Position numbers and translations under genes: made by a program
NCBI GenBank assembly: GCA_963693365.1
Contig: CAVNZM010000007.1
Location: 8,119,962 to 8,183,961 of the forward strand
Source: Amoebidium appalachense
Taxonomy: Eukaryota; Protista; Ichthyosporea
Reading direction: 5' to 3'
Length of the DNA stretch: 64,000 nt
The notes under the pieces: generated by a model
Database searches by the model: none
What the model was told of the DNA's origin: nothing
Seen by the model: only the letters and a program-made list of their open reading frames with translations
Part shown: in pieces, positions 1 to 14,310 of the stretch
Layout: every line of letters begins with the position of its first letter
Position numbering within the stretch: the first letter of the stretch is position 1

Positions 1-333
1 CCCCCCCTCCCCCCACCACCCACCCACCCACCCACCCCCCTGGGGAGATGCACATACATACACAGACGGTTTCACTATCTTAGACACACCACTTGCACAC
101 ACACACTGGTATCAGCCAGCACTAACAACACCCCCACACACATCATTTCATTCATTGATGGTCCTCTTCCCAACCCCTTTTAAACTCATAACGGCCAGTA
201 TGCATCCCGTGAAATCTTCTTTCTGTATGATTGACCGTGCTATAGACCAATTGCAATCCGGAGGGATGTGTATTTGAGGACGGATAGGGAAGGGCGGGAG
301 AAGGGGGGGGGGGGGGGGGGGGGGGAAGGGGGG

Positions 334-474
334 TTTTGAATGCAGAACAGTACGAAGTACGCATACACGATGAGAAGCATGGCGCAGGACACATGCAAAG
401 GCAAACACTCAAGTATGCAACATCAGCCATGGGCACAGAATGCGTCATAAGCAGAGCCCATCCTCAGGGAGGGC
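334..474 (-). repeat. 5'-truncated, diverged copy (D) of the dispersed poly-C-tailed repeat
   Basis: Shares GCCCTCCCTGAGGATGGGCTCTGCTTAT ... GTACTTCGTACT ... GCATTCAA with the copies at 13356, 37409 and 58161. Flanked by C-runs on the minus strand. Confidence 0.7.
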
Positions 475-532
475 GGCGGCGGGGGGGGGGGGGGGGGGGG
501 GGGGCAGCATGCTGAGACATATCCGTTTGCAG

Positions 533-940
533 GACAAATGCGATAGTGTTCATGATGTATCCCCTCTTCTTCCACGTGTTTGCCTACCTGGCAACTATAT
601 TTAGCAACGGCCTATCCCCGGCAAAGATATGGGCCATGATTTCCAGGTGATGTGGTTGTTTGAGTGTGTCACTATTAGGATAACACGCTTTCAAGATCAC
701 TTTTATAAAGGGGCCTTATGTTTCGGTGAACACATTCGTTTGGGGTGTTTTTTTTATCCCTCCCCCTTCCCCCTCCCCCCCACCCACCCACCCAAAAAAG
801 AAAGAAGGAAATAAATAAGGAAAGAAAAAACACACACGCACACACACACACACACACATATACATACACACATGTACACACACACATACATACACACCCT
901 CCATTGCAGACGAAACAAGCAAATAAGGAAATGCAAGTGA
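533..940 (+). CDS. Possible 3' end (last two exons) of an unidentified membrane protein gene entering from the left
   Basis: tttgcAG|533-646|GTgatg reads TNAIVFMMYPLFFHVFAYLATIFSNGLSPAKIWAMIS (hydrophobic). It joins in phase to ttgcAG|910-940 (RRNKQIRKCK*). No family recognised. Confidence 0.3.
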
Positions 941-1045
941 AGAAATTACTTGCACGAATGCTGCGCTTGCTCCCACCTAATGCATCCACACACTCCACTG
1001 CGACACGCACAGGCACGCACACACGCATGTGCCAATACCACCACC

Positions 1046-1140
<95 letters not shown>

Positions 1141-1158
1141 CCCCCTCCTACTCCTCAC

Positions 1159-1216
<58 letters not shown>

Positions 1217-3847
1217 TGTAACATTTGGGAGTTGTGCCTGCTGGTATTTGCTTGCTTTAGTTCCAAAACCCTGTTTTTTTTTACTGTAGTAAGAGGCTTA
1301 TTATAGACTGGTTTAGTAGCGATGAATATATGTGGTTAAATTCTCTTGTGAAAGCTGAAACCGAGTGATCCAGGGAGATTAACCGTGTGACTGTGCGATG
1401 TTTTGCCTACATAGTTGATCGGGCTCTAAGCTATTGTTAGGTGGATACCGTTTGTTGTTTAATAGTAGTAGTGTTGTTCACGATCATAGTAGTGTAAAAA
1501 TTATCATCTCACGGGGCTGAGGATTTGGACCAGAGGATTCGATAAGCAGTAACTAAGGGTTAAGTGAAGATCTAGTTGGCAAGGACACTGAAACAATATC
1601 ATACAAGTATCAATATATGTATATATATGGCAACATCAAAATATGGACATAAAGCTTCATGGTACGAGATTAACATAAAGCCAGTTGTTTGCAGAATATA
1701 ATGTGATGAGTATAATGAGACGACGGTCGAGACTCGTAATTGAATCCGTACGCATATGCTATGGCTTGGGTGAACCACTTGTTTGTTAGCTCTTTCTGGT
1801 GCTAAAGTGTCTGAAAGCATGCATGCATTAGTGATTGCGGATCTGATGGTTAGCGGTTGGCGTGGAAAGGCAGACGTCTTTATAATGAAGTTCCAACTGA
1901 GTGGTGGCGGGGGGAGAATGGAGGGGGGGGGGGGGGGGGGGGGGAGGGGGGGAGGAGGGGGGGGGGAGACGTGTGGCAAGGAACTCGAGTACGAAGTGTG
2001 GTAAATACCGCCATGATTGTCGATGATGGGCAATACCCGGTGCGGTCACCGCGCGCAGCAGTCGTCGATGATCATGAAGCTGCTGATGAGTAGGTACCTT
2101 TATTGATGTTGCAACCAGCAATTACCCATGTGGGTCGGTTGTTACCACCTTGACGTGCAACGGTACACACAGAAACTGCCTGATACTGAAGAAAGAAAAA
2201 GCGAAAAGAACACTGCCTACAGCGATATGCTAGCCAATCAGTAAAGCTTCATGCAGGCCATATAAGGGAAAAAGCTTTCATGAGCCAACCGAAGTGACCG
2301 TTTGGTAAGCATGGGTGCCAACAGCGCGGATCCAACCAATCACGTAGCGCATTGATCTTGAACAACACTTTCCCGCCATCGATTTGCGGGCGTGCGAATT
2401 CCGGCGGGACGCCCGCCGGCAAGGCCTATACCTGATATCTAACCAATGTAACGGTTAGTGTGTAACTGTACTATGTAGGAGATAGCCGGTAGCTCACGAT
2501 AGCAGATCATAACAGCATGTTATACCTTAAAAAAACCATCGGTAAAACATTTATGAACAAATTTGTACGATGAATTAGGCTCTTTTGTTTGAGAGCTCAC
2601 CTTACACCGCGGGTCACGCGAGACCCCCGTTTCGCCCACGGCAACCAGTGCCTGAACATCTCAATAATTTTATTGGTTACATGTCATGGAAGCCGCTCTG
2701 CTGTCGGCGAAAGCGTTTGTTAGGGGGACAAGCCGGCCGGGCAAGAGCCACAACGGTCAGCTAAAGAATTTGCCTTTTTGGTCATCGCGTCGTTGGAAAG
2801 TAAGCACCACCAACATGCATTGAATACTGTAGCACAAGGTGATAATAGAGTTTCCGAGCTTGCTTGACATTTTTATAGATAACTGCTCGTTAACTATAAT
2901 AAATAATTTAGGTCTAATTGAAGCATCAAGATCCATAACATACCACGAACATGTTGTGCAGTTTACCTCTTTCTTTGCACCGCCCACGTAAGCCAATCAT
3001 TTGCAATCGGTTACCGGCAAAAGGCCTAAACCGCGCCCTTTTGGTGATAGCACCAAAGTTTTCGATTGCGACAACAGTCACGTTTCTTTGCCCAACAAAC
3101 AAGAACTGAAGCAAGAAGACGTTTGCATGTTTTGACACTTGAAATCACTTTAGTTCTTTTTTCTGGTTTAGGTTGGTGTACTTGGTGTGGTGTGTGTCTG
3201 CGTTTGAAGGTGCAGCAAGCACAATTCACAAAGCAACGGGACGCTGCCACCGGCTTCATGCATAGCACAGGCAGCTCAGACACGTACAAGCGCGGACGAT
3301 TCAGAATAAGACAGCAAGGCACCCCCTTTGTCTGAGCGCTTTACGGTGTGTGAGCCCCTCTTCCCCTTTTTGCTTTCTTCTCCTCCTTTAATTTCTAGGT
3401 TTGTGTTTCCTCAGTGATGTTAAAACTCAAAAGAAGTACTCTGCCGGGTTGCAGGACTGCTCCACTTGTCTGCGCTTTCCGAAGTTGCAGCAACCGGATC
3501 CTGTCTCGCGACAGGTTGAAAGGCCTCTCGTTAAAGTGGAGATCATGTTAAAAAATAAAATAAAAGAATAATAAACTTGCGTTTGCCCCTCTAGCCTAGT
3601 CTATTTCGTTTTCTTTTTATTTTTCCCATTTGTAGTTGGCTCCTGCTGCCTGGTTTATTATGCTGCCTGAATACCTCCTTACATCATCCTATTCGTGGCA
3701 GTGACACATCCTTTTTTACCCACAGGTAGATAAAACTTGGTTCGACGCGCGTCTTCTTGTCTTTGCTTTGTTTGTGTGGTTTTTTTTTTTTCAGAGAAAG
3801 CTTCCAAATCTACACTGTCGGTCTTGCAGAATAACCCTGAAGCAACC

Positions 3848-4426
3848 ATGAAGTTCCTTGATGTTCCCGAGCTGATGACCCTTGCGTCTCGCCTCAACAC
3901 AGTCGTTGGCGATCGTCAACTTTCATGTTGGTTGGAAGCATATTCGATGAAACACGCGGGCACAGACAAGAAGCAATACAAGCAGTATTCCACACAGAAC
4001 GGTGGCACACTACAAGGGCTCGAACTCCTATCACCTCCCCAGACCTTCTCCGCCACACCACCCAACAACAGCCTCATCACTGCGTCAAAAAAGACGCTCT
4101 ATTATCTCATGGCAACGCTCAATAGCGTCTTTACCGACTACGATTTTAGTGGCACGGGATCACAGCAATTTTCACGGGAGCCAAATGTCGAGCTTGTGGC
4201 GCACGCGATAAATACGACGTTGCTGGAAGGGGCAAGAGATGCTTTTCTGCCGATCCGAAACAGCCTGTGGCAATGCCTCAACGACCAGATAGACCTGGCA
4301 AGCTGCGAGATATACTCGTATATCCCGGTCATGGACGACCCCTTTGCTGAGGATGGAACTATGTGAGTGATTATTTGTTTGAGTGGCTCTTGTTTCTCTT
4401 TCTTCTTGCAATCCTTTTTCTTTCTT

Positions 4427-4471
<45 letters not shown>

Positions 4472-4885
4472 TTTTTTTTTTTTCCCCCATACAGTTTTGA
4501 CAGGTCCATTTTTTGTTCTGTTTGTTTTTTTCTTCTTAACCGTTTGACATGTGCATAAATAAAAAATAAAATAAAAATAAAAAAAATAAAAATAAAAAAA
4601 AAAACTTAGAATAATGAAAGACGGAGAGAGAGAGAGAAAAACAAGGAAAGAGACGGAAAAGGAAAAAACCCGCTTTCTTTGGCTTTGTCGAGTGCCCTTT
4701 TATGACTTTGCTGTTCCCCCTGTCCCACACAAGTGTCATTTTCCTCACTAACTTTAACCCTTTGACAGCTGGTCGTTCAACTACTTCTTTGTCAACCCAA
4801 AGCTCAAACGGGTGCTGTTCTTCTCTTGCAGAGCCATAAGGTGAGACGGCCGGTCTTGGTCTCATGTCAGTGGAAGGCTTCGTTT

Positions 4886-4934
<49 letters not shown>

Positions 4935-5656
4935 GTGGTTGGCGTCTGGGCCACGGTGGGTGCTGCGTGTGTGTTGCTATTCTACTTCTGGCCTTGCCTT
5001 GGTTGTGGATTTTTTTAGTTGTTGGCGTGTTTTTTCCATTGACGGGCACAGTGGATGCTCGAGTAATGGCCTGTGAGCCTTCGACGTGCACATGCATGCA
5101 GAATGTTATGTTGGTATACGTGTCACGGTATTTAATGGTGCGTGTTTTCAGTTGCTGCATGAGGCAGGGGTAGAAAAAACATTCTATGAAGAGGGGGGGG
5201 GAGAGGGGGGTGCTCTGTGTGCCATATGTTCCGGTCCAAAATCATCTGACTAAGGCTTTATGTGCAGCATGTCTGCCGTGTGCAGCTATGACCCCATGTT
5301 CGACACAGCTGCAAACGATGCCGAAGAAGAGAGGTGGGTCTGCTGTGTGTGTTACCGTGCGTCCGTGCGTGTGTGTGTGTATGTGCACATTACGGCATAT
5401 TTTTTAATGTCCGTAAATCAGTGTGTGGGGTGTCCCGACATTGGGTGTTTGTGCCGTGATTTTTGTTGCGTGTGTGTGGGCGCTTGCATGGGTGTACGTG
5501 TGTGTGCACTCGTCTACGGTCAAATAAATGACGCACGTGCGTGAATTCCTTTACCGTTTTTTAATCCAGTTTTCTGACTTTTTTTTTTCCTGCAGCATTT
5601 TTGGCCTGGAGATGGACATGGACCGGACAAGGCCGGCTGCATTTGCCGTCTACTGA
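3848..5656 (+). CDS. MAF1: Repressor of RNA polymerase III transcription MAF1 (4 exons)
   Basis: Exons 3848-4362, 4769-4840, 5268-5333, 5596-5656, all GT-AG and in phase. Motifs MKFL, [67 protein letters not shown] match the Maf1 A, B and C boxes. Confidence 0.95.
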
Positions 5657-6697
5657 ACACACTTCTCTACCAGACACACATGCCTTCTTTCTTGGGGTTT
5701 TCCAGACTATTTATTATATATGATGACATGAGGACATATGCTCATGCAATGGCTTTGTTTTCTAGAATTTAGATTTATGCGGTGATTGCAGGTATACATG
5801 GCATGGCTGTGGCAATCTCGCAAATTTTGTGTTTTTTTTTTGTTTTTTTTTTGTTTTTTTTCCTCGTTCCCCCTTCCTCGTGGCCTTTGTACCCGTTGAG
5901 TGGTTCCTGTAACGCGAAGATTTTACAAGGTGACGTTATAGCTGGATTTTTGACAGCGTGATAGATAGACAATGTTGACGACACATAGCATTATATTTAT
6001 ATGGCGGCACATTTGTGTGCGCCCTGCCACCCTTAGCGCTAATGTTATTTTATAGTATACTGTATCGACATCGGACATACAGCTATACATAGTGCAGCGG
6101 CTATACATTAACCGAGAGAATACATATGCGGCGGTTTAATGAGTGCAAGGGCTATGAACTGGGAATGTGTTCTAGCGAGCGGGGTTCGGGATTTCCCCCC
6201 CTTTTTTTTATATATCAACGCATGCAGGACTCTAAAACACGGTAGGGTGCAGCATTCCCAGATGTACGACTTTCGCGTTTATTCAACGGCTTTTCAGCCG
6301 TGGTGTATTTACGACCATGTGCCACAACATTGGGCCAGGAGCTACGGCAAATATATTTACCTCCTGCTTTCTTACATCTGTGCGTCTGTACAACGTATAC
6401 TGCGACAGTGTACATGTGACCCCCCCCCCCCCCCCCTTCCCCGGCTCTGGAGGGGTCTAATAAATCAAACTTTCATGTCCTTCGCATGAATTAAACTACA
6501 TAGCGTCACCCATAAGTACAGTAGTTGCAAACACAGATCATCTCTAAATTAACACGTTGAAGGTAATGCCATTCTTACTGTACATGTATCATCTCGGGAC
6601 AACCCGCAATCTCGGGTATATATGCAACACAACCGCACAGCTAATATATAGAATCTTGCACATAACTCCAAACAAACCCCTACCTTCCCGCACACAA

Positions 6698-6965
6698 TCA
6701 CGCCTTGAATCGCTTGCTGCTAATTAGATATTCACGCACCGAAGGAATAGCCTCCACATTCTCAATCAGCTTTTGCACCCCTTCCGTTTTCGGTGTTCTG
6801 ATATAGGGGCCCGTGAAGAAGCCGACCAATAGGATGTCGGCCATGGTCAGGGTGCACCCCACCACATGCCACGTGCCACTTGCAGAAATCATCTTCTCGA
6901 AGATCACAAGCTGCGGAGGGGGTGGGTGGAGGTGTTGGTCGTGGTGCATGGGATCAATGAGGGGG

Positions 6966-7006
<41 letters not shown>

Positions 7007-7143
7007 GGGGGGGGAGAGGGGGAGGGGGGGGGGAGGGGGAGGGGGGGGGGGGGGGGGGAGGGGCTCTAGAAAAGTTGAGGGGGGGAAGAGGGTAAGAGGG
7101 TATGTGTGTGATATGTCGCATGTGTGTAATATGTCCTCCCCCT

Positions 7144-7190
<47 letters not shown>

Positions 7191-7387
7191 CAGTCCCCCA
7201 AACACACACACCAAAAGAAAAAAGAAAAAGAAATGCACACACAAACGCACCACAATATCCATCGATCTGCCAAATTACTCCCGCATTCGTAACTCCTTCC
7301 AGTCACCTGTACACCCACACGCACACAAACACCCCCGTCCCACCCAACCCCATGATCCACTCTGCTTACTATACATAAATCTTCCCC

Positions 7388-7457
<70 letters not shown>

Positions 7458-7509
7458 AAAGAAAAAAAAACCCCCGAAGGAAAAACCGTTGCCATGTGTG
7501 CACGGGCGT

Positions 7510-7599
<90 letters not shown>

Positions 7600-8085
7600 A
7601 CACACAAACTACCACTACGGCCACCTTCGCACACACGTACACCACACGCAGTCACCACATATCCTTCCATACAACCCACCCACCTGCTTAGGCAGATATT
7701 CGTCATTAAACATCCGCATCTTCTCCTTCTGCGCATCTGGTTCCAAATACCACGCGTCAATAAACCACTGAAACATATCTCTCACTGCCTCACCAACAAC
7801 ATCCACCATAGTTCTCTCCTCCTCATTCTCCCCATACAACCCATATTTTCGGGCGATATGGTTCACGATCGCAGTGAACTGAGGTATGTGTTTCTTTTCA
7901 ACGCCCTCGCTCGATTCCTTGATTTCAACCAAAACGGGTAGCTGGTTGAACGGTGGGTATTTCTCTTTGTCTGCGGGCCAATCAGGAACCACGTTTTCGA
8001 ATTCTGCGCCAACTGCGGCAAGAGCCAATCGGATAGGCTCTACACGGCCCTGGGCGGCGTAATAGTGGAGCTCGTACTTTACCAT
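6698..8085 (-). CDS. Cytosolic glutathione S-transferase (sigma/pi-like, Tyr-type), 2 coding exons
   Basis: Exons 8085-7684 and 6910-6698. N-domain YELHYY..GRVEPIRLAL, FNQLPVL, AIVNHIARKYGLYG. C-domain VG..LTMADI. Class assignment is tentative. Confidence 0.93.
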
Positions 8086-8100
8086 CTTCCACTAGAGGTA

Positions 8101-8185
<85 letters not shown>

Positions 8186-8729
8186 GTGTGTGTGTTAGGG
8201 TTTTCTGTTTTAACTTTTGGATGCTGAAGCATGTATGTATGCAAAAAAAAAACCTTCAGACACACCAGCATAGTGCCTGATTCCTCTTTCAGCCCCTCAC
8301 TCGATATATATATATCCCTCTCTGCCCTCCCCCCCCCCAAACCATCTGTTCCTCCCTCTCGCTCCCTCCATCTTTCTTATTCTCTCTCTTGATCTCCCTC
8401 TCTCCCTCTCTCACTCTCTAACCCCCTCGACCCGCCTCTTTTCCTCCCATGAAACCCCTACCCGCTCCCCCTGCCCGGCTTTTCCCCTCCCCTCCCCCCT
8501 TCCCCCAGCCCCACGAAAAAAAAAACCAGTCACCTCTCAGCCCCCCCCCCTCCCTCCCCCCCCCCCCCCCCCCCCCCCCCTCCCCCTCTCCAAAAAAAAA
8601 AAAAAGAAAAGAAAAGAAAAAGAAAAAGAAAAAAAGAAAAGAAAGAAAGAAAGAAAAAGGAAAGAACGAAAAGAACAGACAAAAGACTGAGACAAAGAAA
8701 AAGAGAAAAGAGAAAGACAGGCAGAGAAA

Positions 8730-8772
<43 letters not shown>

Positions 8773-10073
8773 GACACAGACCGCGGAACCCTCATGGTTA
8801 CCCAACCAACGGGTTTAGTAACCGAAAGCCAATACAAAGGAATATCACTTCGCTCCATTTTGTTTTTACGGAATGTTGACCCCGCCTTCGTCCCCTCCCC
8901 ACCTCCCCCTCCCCCTCCCCCTTACAGACACACGCACACCTACACAGACACAGACACACACCACTACGACCACCACACCGCACACACATGTGTGCGCGCA
9001 CACGCACACACAGACACAAGCACTACAAGAAAGAAGGGAAGAGAAAAAAGAAAAAGAGAGAGAGACAAAGGAAAAAGAAAACAACTACCGACCCATACCT
9101 ATTGATCTCGGAATCAGAGGGGCTTTTGCATAACAAGGTAAGGACGGACGGAGGGAGAGGGAGAGGGGGGAACGGAGGGAGGGAAGCAAGGAGAGAGGGA
9201 GAGGGAGAAAGGGTCGAGGCGAGGGAAAGGGGAGGAGAAAGATGGAAAGACAATAAGAGAAGGCGAGAGGGAGGGGGGGGGGTAAGAGGGGGTGAAAGGG
9301 AGAATGTGTGTGTGCACGCGCGCGCGTGTGTGTGTATCTGTATGTGCGTGTGTGGGTGTCTGTGTAAGTTGACGTGTGTGTGTGGGCGGGTGGGTGGGTC
9401 CCTATCATAGTGAGGGTTGCCTTCCAACAGGATGTCAAGGCCTCTAGAAAAAACGCGCTCGACTAAAAAAGTTAGAAACGCAAAACACCTTAAGCCTTAC
9501 CTTGCATTAACTGTAGAACTGAGTGAAAAATGAAGACGAAAACATGAAGCACCTGACCCACAACGCTTGTGCGTAAACGTTTTGTAGTCGCCGCGACGCC
9601 GTGTCTCAACCTGTTGCCAACTTGCCGACATGCATATGTCTGGCCGCGGCGAAGGCGGTGTTGCGTAATCATTGTGATAGTCTAACGCTATGACGTCACC
9701 TTTTTCTTTCTTTTGCATGCGAATGGTATTAAACTACAGTTGTTTTCGTCTACGCGCTAGAGACTACTGCTGCTTTCCCGTTCCCGCCAACTGGAAAACG
9801 GCCCTGTGTGTGTGCTTGTGATGGAGTTGAGGTTTTCGTAGGGGGAATTTTGAACGATTTGGGTTCTGTCCCATCGGTGCCTTAGTAGAGCTTGGCATAT
9901 TGTTGCATGGTTTTTCTTTCTTTTTAATTCTCTTAAATAGCCTTTTCCGTTTTCTGACCATCGTCAACCACGCAACCACAATACACGTTACCTCTGTATA
10001 GCCGGTGCCCTGTTGTTTTTATATTCTACACTTTCCTACAACTTCCCCCCGTTTTTTTTTTTTTCCAGCAAGC

Positions 10074-10940
10074 ATGAAAGCAGACACTCCTTTTCTTCCA
10101 GCGCCTGTTGCCGGGCTAGCCCTTGTGGCAACCTGCTGCCTTTCTACCTTTTTCCTCCCACCACTCCTCCTGGGATCCGCAGCCAACTTGGTGACTGCTC
10201 CGGCACTGGTTTTGATGCTCCTGGCTATGGTCCGTTATCCCCCCCTCCCTCCCCCCCTTCCCCCTTACTTTACTTCAACCCTTCCCCTAAACCACCCACT
10301 TGCGCCCCCCCCCCCCCCCCTAACCCCCTCCCCCACCCACCCAATAACCCTCCCCCCTTCCCCCCCCTCCCCTCCCTCCCCCCTCCCCCCCCCTCCCCCT
10401 CCCCCCTTCTTCTCCCCTCCCGTGCCTGCCCCCACATGCATCATTGTCAGGTGTACCCACTTCAGGGTGTTTCTGATGAACGTCTTCATTTTTATTTCGT
10501 GCGTCAACACAAAACAGGAAAACGTAAGGACGAGTTCTGTACTGTAACACAGACACAGACGTGCCTTGCAAACACACACAGGCAGGAGGGTGTGTGTGTG
10601 TGTTGGGGGGGGGGGGGGGGGGAGGGGGGGGGGGGAGGGGGAGGGGGGGGGAGGGGGGGGGGGAGACTGACTTAATAGAGAGAGCCAGCGCACAGGGCAC
10701 CACGTACACACTAAACCCCATGCTCGTAAGAGGCAGGTTTTGCACACAAAGAATAGGTCGTGGGGTTGGAAGAAGACATCTCAGGGGGTTGTGAGAAAGA
10801 AAGCAAGAGAAGAGATGGGTGGGGGGATGGAGGGGTAGAATCTTTGAGAGTGAGATAAACTTGACATAGTTGGAAGAAGTGCACAAACGGAATCCGTAAA
10901 GGGGAAGGACCAGAGGCAGAGAAACAGGCTCGAGATACAG

Positions 10941-10982
<42 letters not shown>

Positions 10983-12094
10983 TGTGTGTGTGTGTGTGTG
11001 TGTGTGGGAGGGAGAGGGAGAGGGAGCGATAGAGGGATAGAGAGAGAGAGAGAGAGGGGGGGGGGGGGGGGGGGGGGAAGGGGGGGAGGGGGAGGGGGGA
11101 GGGGGAGGGGGGGAGAGATAGAGATATAGCGAGAGAGCAAATGGCACCGTCCTTCACGCGCACACAGGCTGCTTAAGTGCACATATCCAGTGACATTTAT
11201 GATTGCAGGCATGCACAACAGGTACACCACCACCGAAGACATTTAACCCCCAAAGATACATGCTTTTTGGCTACTGAACATAGCCTCCCACCTCCACACA
11301 CCCCCCAACCTTCCCCCCCTCCCCCCTCCTCCCCCCTTGGGCCCGCTCTCCTTTTCTCCCCCCCCCCCCCCCTCCCTCCCTCCTCCCGCTCTCCCCCCTT
11401 TCCCAGTTTCCAGACACTATCCGTTGCAGCCAACCTGACCCACCTCACCTTCCAAGCAACACTCCTTCCATTACCTCGCCTCTCTTGCGTTGTTGAAGTC
11501 ATTCTTTGTAAATGGCCATACATCTACCAACCCTCACCCAAATTAACCCCCCTCTTCCGTCCCCGCCCCCACTCCCCTCCCCCTCTTCCTCTTTCCCTTC
11601 TCATCACCCTCCCCTCCCCCCCCTTCTCCCCCCTCCCCCCTCCTCCTCCTCCCCCCCCCCCCCCCCCTCCACCTGCTGCCTACTCCATTTCTCCCCGTCA
11701 GGTTCAACTTCCAGTGACCATTCTCTCATTCTCGCCGATCTCCAAAATCACATCATCTCTGCTTTGGTCAGCGGTGGGCATCGCAGCCGGCACCCCCAGC
11801 CTATACAGTGCATACGTTCTGTTTGGTGCTCCGTTTCTCTCGCAGGCAGAGGACACCTTGTCTTTTTCGGTTGCAACATCGGTGATGGCAATTGTTCCGG
11901 GTGTCTGTTTGCTGAAGGGGGACGGTGCGGCCATCCACAGGCTCTATTTTAGGAGGAAACCCCAAACGTCCCACGTAAGTGTGGGTGGGTGGGTGGGTGG
12001 GTGGGTGGGTGGGTGGGTGGGTGGGTGGGTGGGTGGGTGGGTGGGTGGGTGGGTGGGTGGGTGAATGGATAGGTAGACGGGTGGGTGTGTGTGT

Positions 12095-12143
<49 letters not shown>

Positions 12144-12681
12144 GTGGTGGGTGGGTGGGTGGTTGTGGTGGGTGGGCGGGTGGGTGGGTGTGCGTGTCTG
12201 TGTGAGGGCGTGCAGGTGGTCGACTGCTCATGTGCATGTCCATGATGTCCTGAGAGTGAAAGTGCCGTGCCATTCCAAGGCTCATTAATCATTACTCCTC
12301 TTGCCCAAATCTATTTCTCTTTCTCCTTTCCCCCCCCCTCTCCCCCAATAAAAATCATTTCTCGACTATTGTGGCAGCTAACCTTCCTGTTTACATTTGT
12401 TTCTTTCAATATATACTCGTGTTCCAGCGCCTCCCCGGGGGGCCCAGGGGGGCCCGGGGGGGGGGGGGGGGGGGGGGGGGGATATAGCCAGAAAAGGCAT
12501 CATAAACAGAGAAGGTGTTGGTTCTCGCAAGAGTAGATGCAGAAGAATTATTCTTGTATGTGCCAAAGACATCGAGGCGCAACGCGCAAACACTAGATGA
12601 AAGATTCTCGGTAGCCGTGGGTAAACTTATGTGGATATGTACTTATATATAAAAACCATCCCCGACCTTTTTTCTCCACCT

Positions 12682-12720
<39 letters not shown>

Positions 12721-12781
12721 TTCCCCCCCCCGTCTCCAACCCTCCCCTTTTTCCCAGGCACACACAACACACACGCGCCCG

Positions 12782-12843
<62 letters not shown>

Positions 12844-13061
12844 AGCTCATGGCTCTTGCAGGCACATACGGGACCCTTTTTGGTGCCTGGTTGGGGGCCT
12901 TTGCCATCCCTCTGGACTGGGACCGTCCCTGGCAACCTTGGCCAATCAGCTCGGCCTATGGATCCATTGGGGCATTTTCATTGGCTACCTTAGGCGCAGT
13001 GGCGGTGATTTTGATTGGCGGAGAATCATGGGTGCTGGGCAAGAAGTCAAAAACGGGTTGA
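10074..13061 (+). CDS. PIGF: GPI ethanolamine phosphate transferase stabilising subunit PIG-F/GPI11 (3 exons)
   Basis: Exons 10074-10229, 11702-11974, 12843-13061, in phase 0. Signature VLFGAP and GAWLGAFAIPLDWDRPWQPWP. Hydrophobic overall, with a C-terminal KKSKTG. First exon less certain. Confidence 0.9.
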
Positions 13062-13355
13062 TGGGGTGGGTTTGTTAGGTGTTTGCGTATGTTGTGTGTA
13101 GTAGTTGATTATAAAACTCGGCTTGGTGATTCGGGGCTTTCTCAAGGTGCGAGGAAGTTCCAAAAAATGTCTTGTGCCCCCTCCCCCCCCCCCCCCCCCC
13201 CCCCCCGCCCCCCCCGGGGAGCTTCCTAGAAGCCCCGTCTCCTGAGTTCCTATCTATATTTTTCTTGCTTCTGCTTACTGCTGCAACTTTAACCCCTGGC
13301 CTTTCCCACTGCCCTTGCCTGCATAAGCAACCCTGCTAGTCTCTGATCAAGACGG

Positions 13356-13560
13356 GTGACCTACCCATCCATGTTCAAGTGAAACAGTATCTGAGTTGGG
13401 TTTCGTTAACGAGGCAGGTCGAAACTCGGGTACTGTGGATGACGTGGGCCCTCCCTGAGGATGGGCTCTGCTTATTATGCATACTCTTTATGTATGGCTT
13501 GCATTCTGCATCGTGTTATCCGTTTGTTCTTGTGTACTTCGTACTTTTTGACGCATTCAA
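13356..13560 (+). repeat. Apparently full-length copy (A) of the dispersed structured repeat (SINE-like), followed by a C-run
   Basis: Near-identical to 58161-58404 (minus). Contains the hairpin ACAGTATCTGAG..TTTCG / CGAAA CTCGGGTACTGT. Confidence 0.85.
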
Positions 13561-14278
13561 CCAACCCCCCCCCCCCCCTCCCCCCCCCCCCCCCCCCCTT
13601 TCTCCCCCTTCCCCTCTCTCCCTCCCGTTCTCTCTCGCTCGCCCTCTGTCTCTCCCTGGCAGCCGCCTCTTTTTGGTTTTCTTTATGTCTAATGTTTCGC
13701 CCTCACCCCTCATGACGTTTATACCGGTTGTTTTCTTGGGCACGGGATGTTTTCGTAACGAAACTATGGCAACGTGGGATTATGAAAGGTTTTTCTCGGG
13801 GGCTATGATCATCTGTTGCTCTAAACAAGGTGTCCATTTATACTGTTATCCATTCATACTGGTACTTCTCTAGATCGGAAGACTCTCCCTGAAGCTGCTT
13901 TAATATTTTTACCTCAAGTCTCACTTGTATGATTGACATGTGTCCGCAGACGCAGGCCGTCTGGACTCTGTCTACTCCTGAATTAATTAATAATAGCACA
14001 GTTGTGTGCATGCAGAACTGCAGAACCAATAAAAATAGTGCAGTGGTGTGCATTAACAAAAATACTTATCAATACAGAGGTGTTGCATGCGCATGCAGGT
14101 ACACACTGCAACTGGCTCGTGTTCAGAACAACCACATTAGCTACTATAACCGCTACAATATTGTTGGCTCAGGGTTTTATCCTACATTAACAGACTGAGT
14201 GTCTATCCCCTTTTTGGTGTTCATGAAACAAGGCTTAGCCATACTTACATAAGTGCGCACATGTGTGTGTTTGTGTCA

Positions 14279-14310
<32 letters not shown>

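Noticed and set aside
13420-13470. Hammerhead-like words GAAA and CTGAGGA in the dispersed repeat
   Set aside because: Stem II cannot form in the required register and no UH cleavage site with stems I/III was found. CTGAGGA is also not conserved in copy C.
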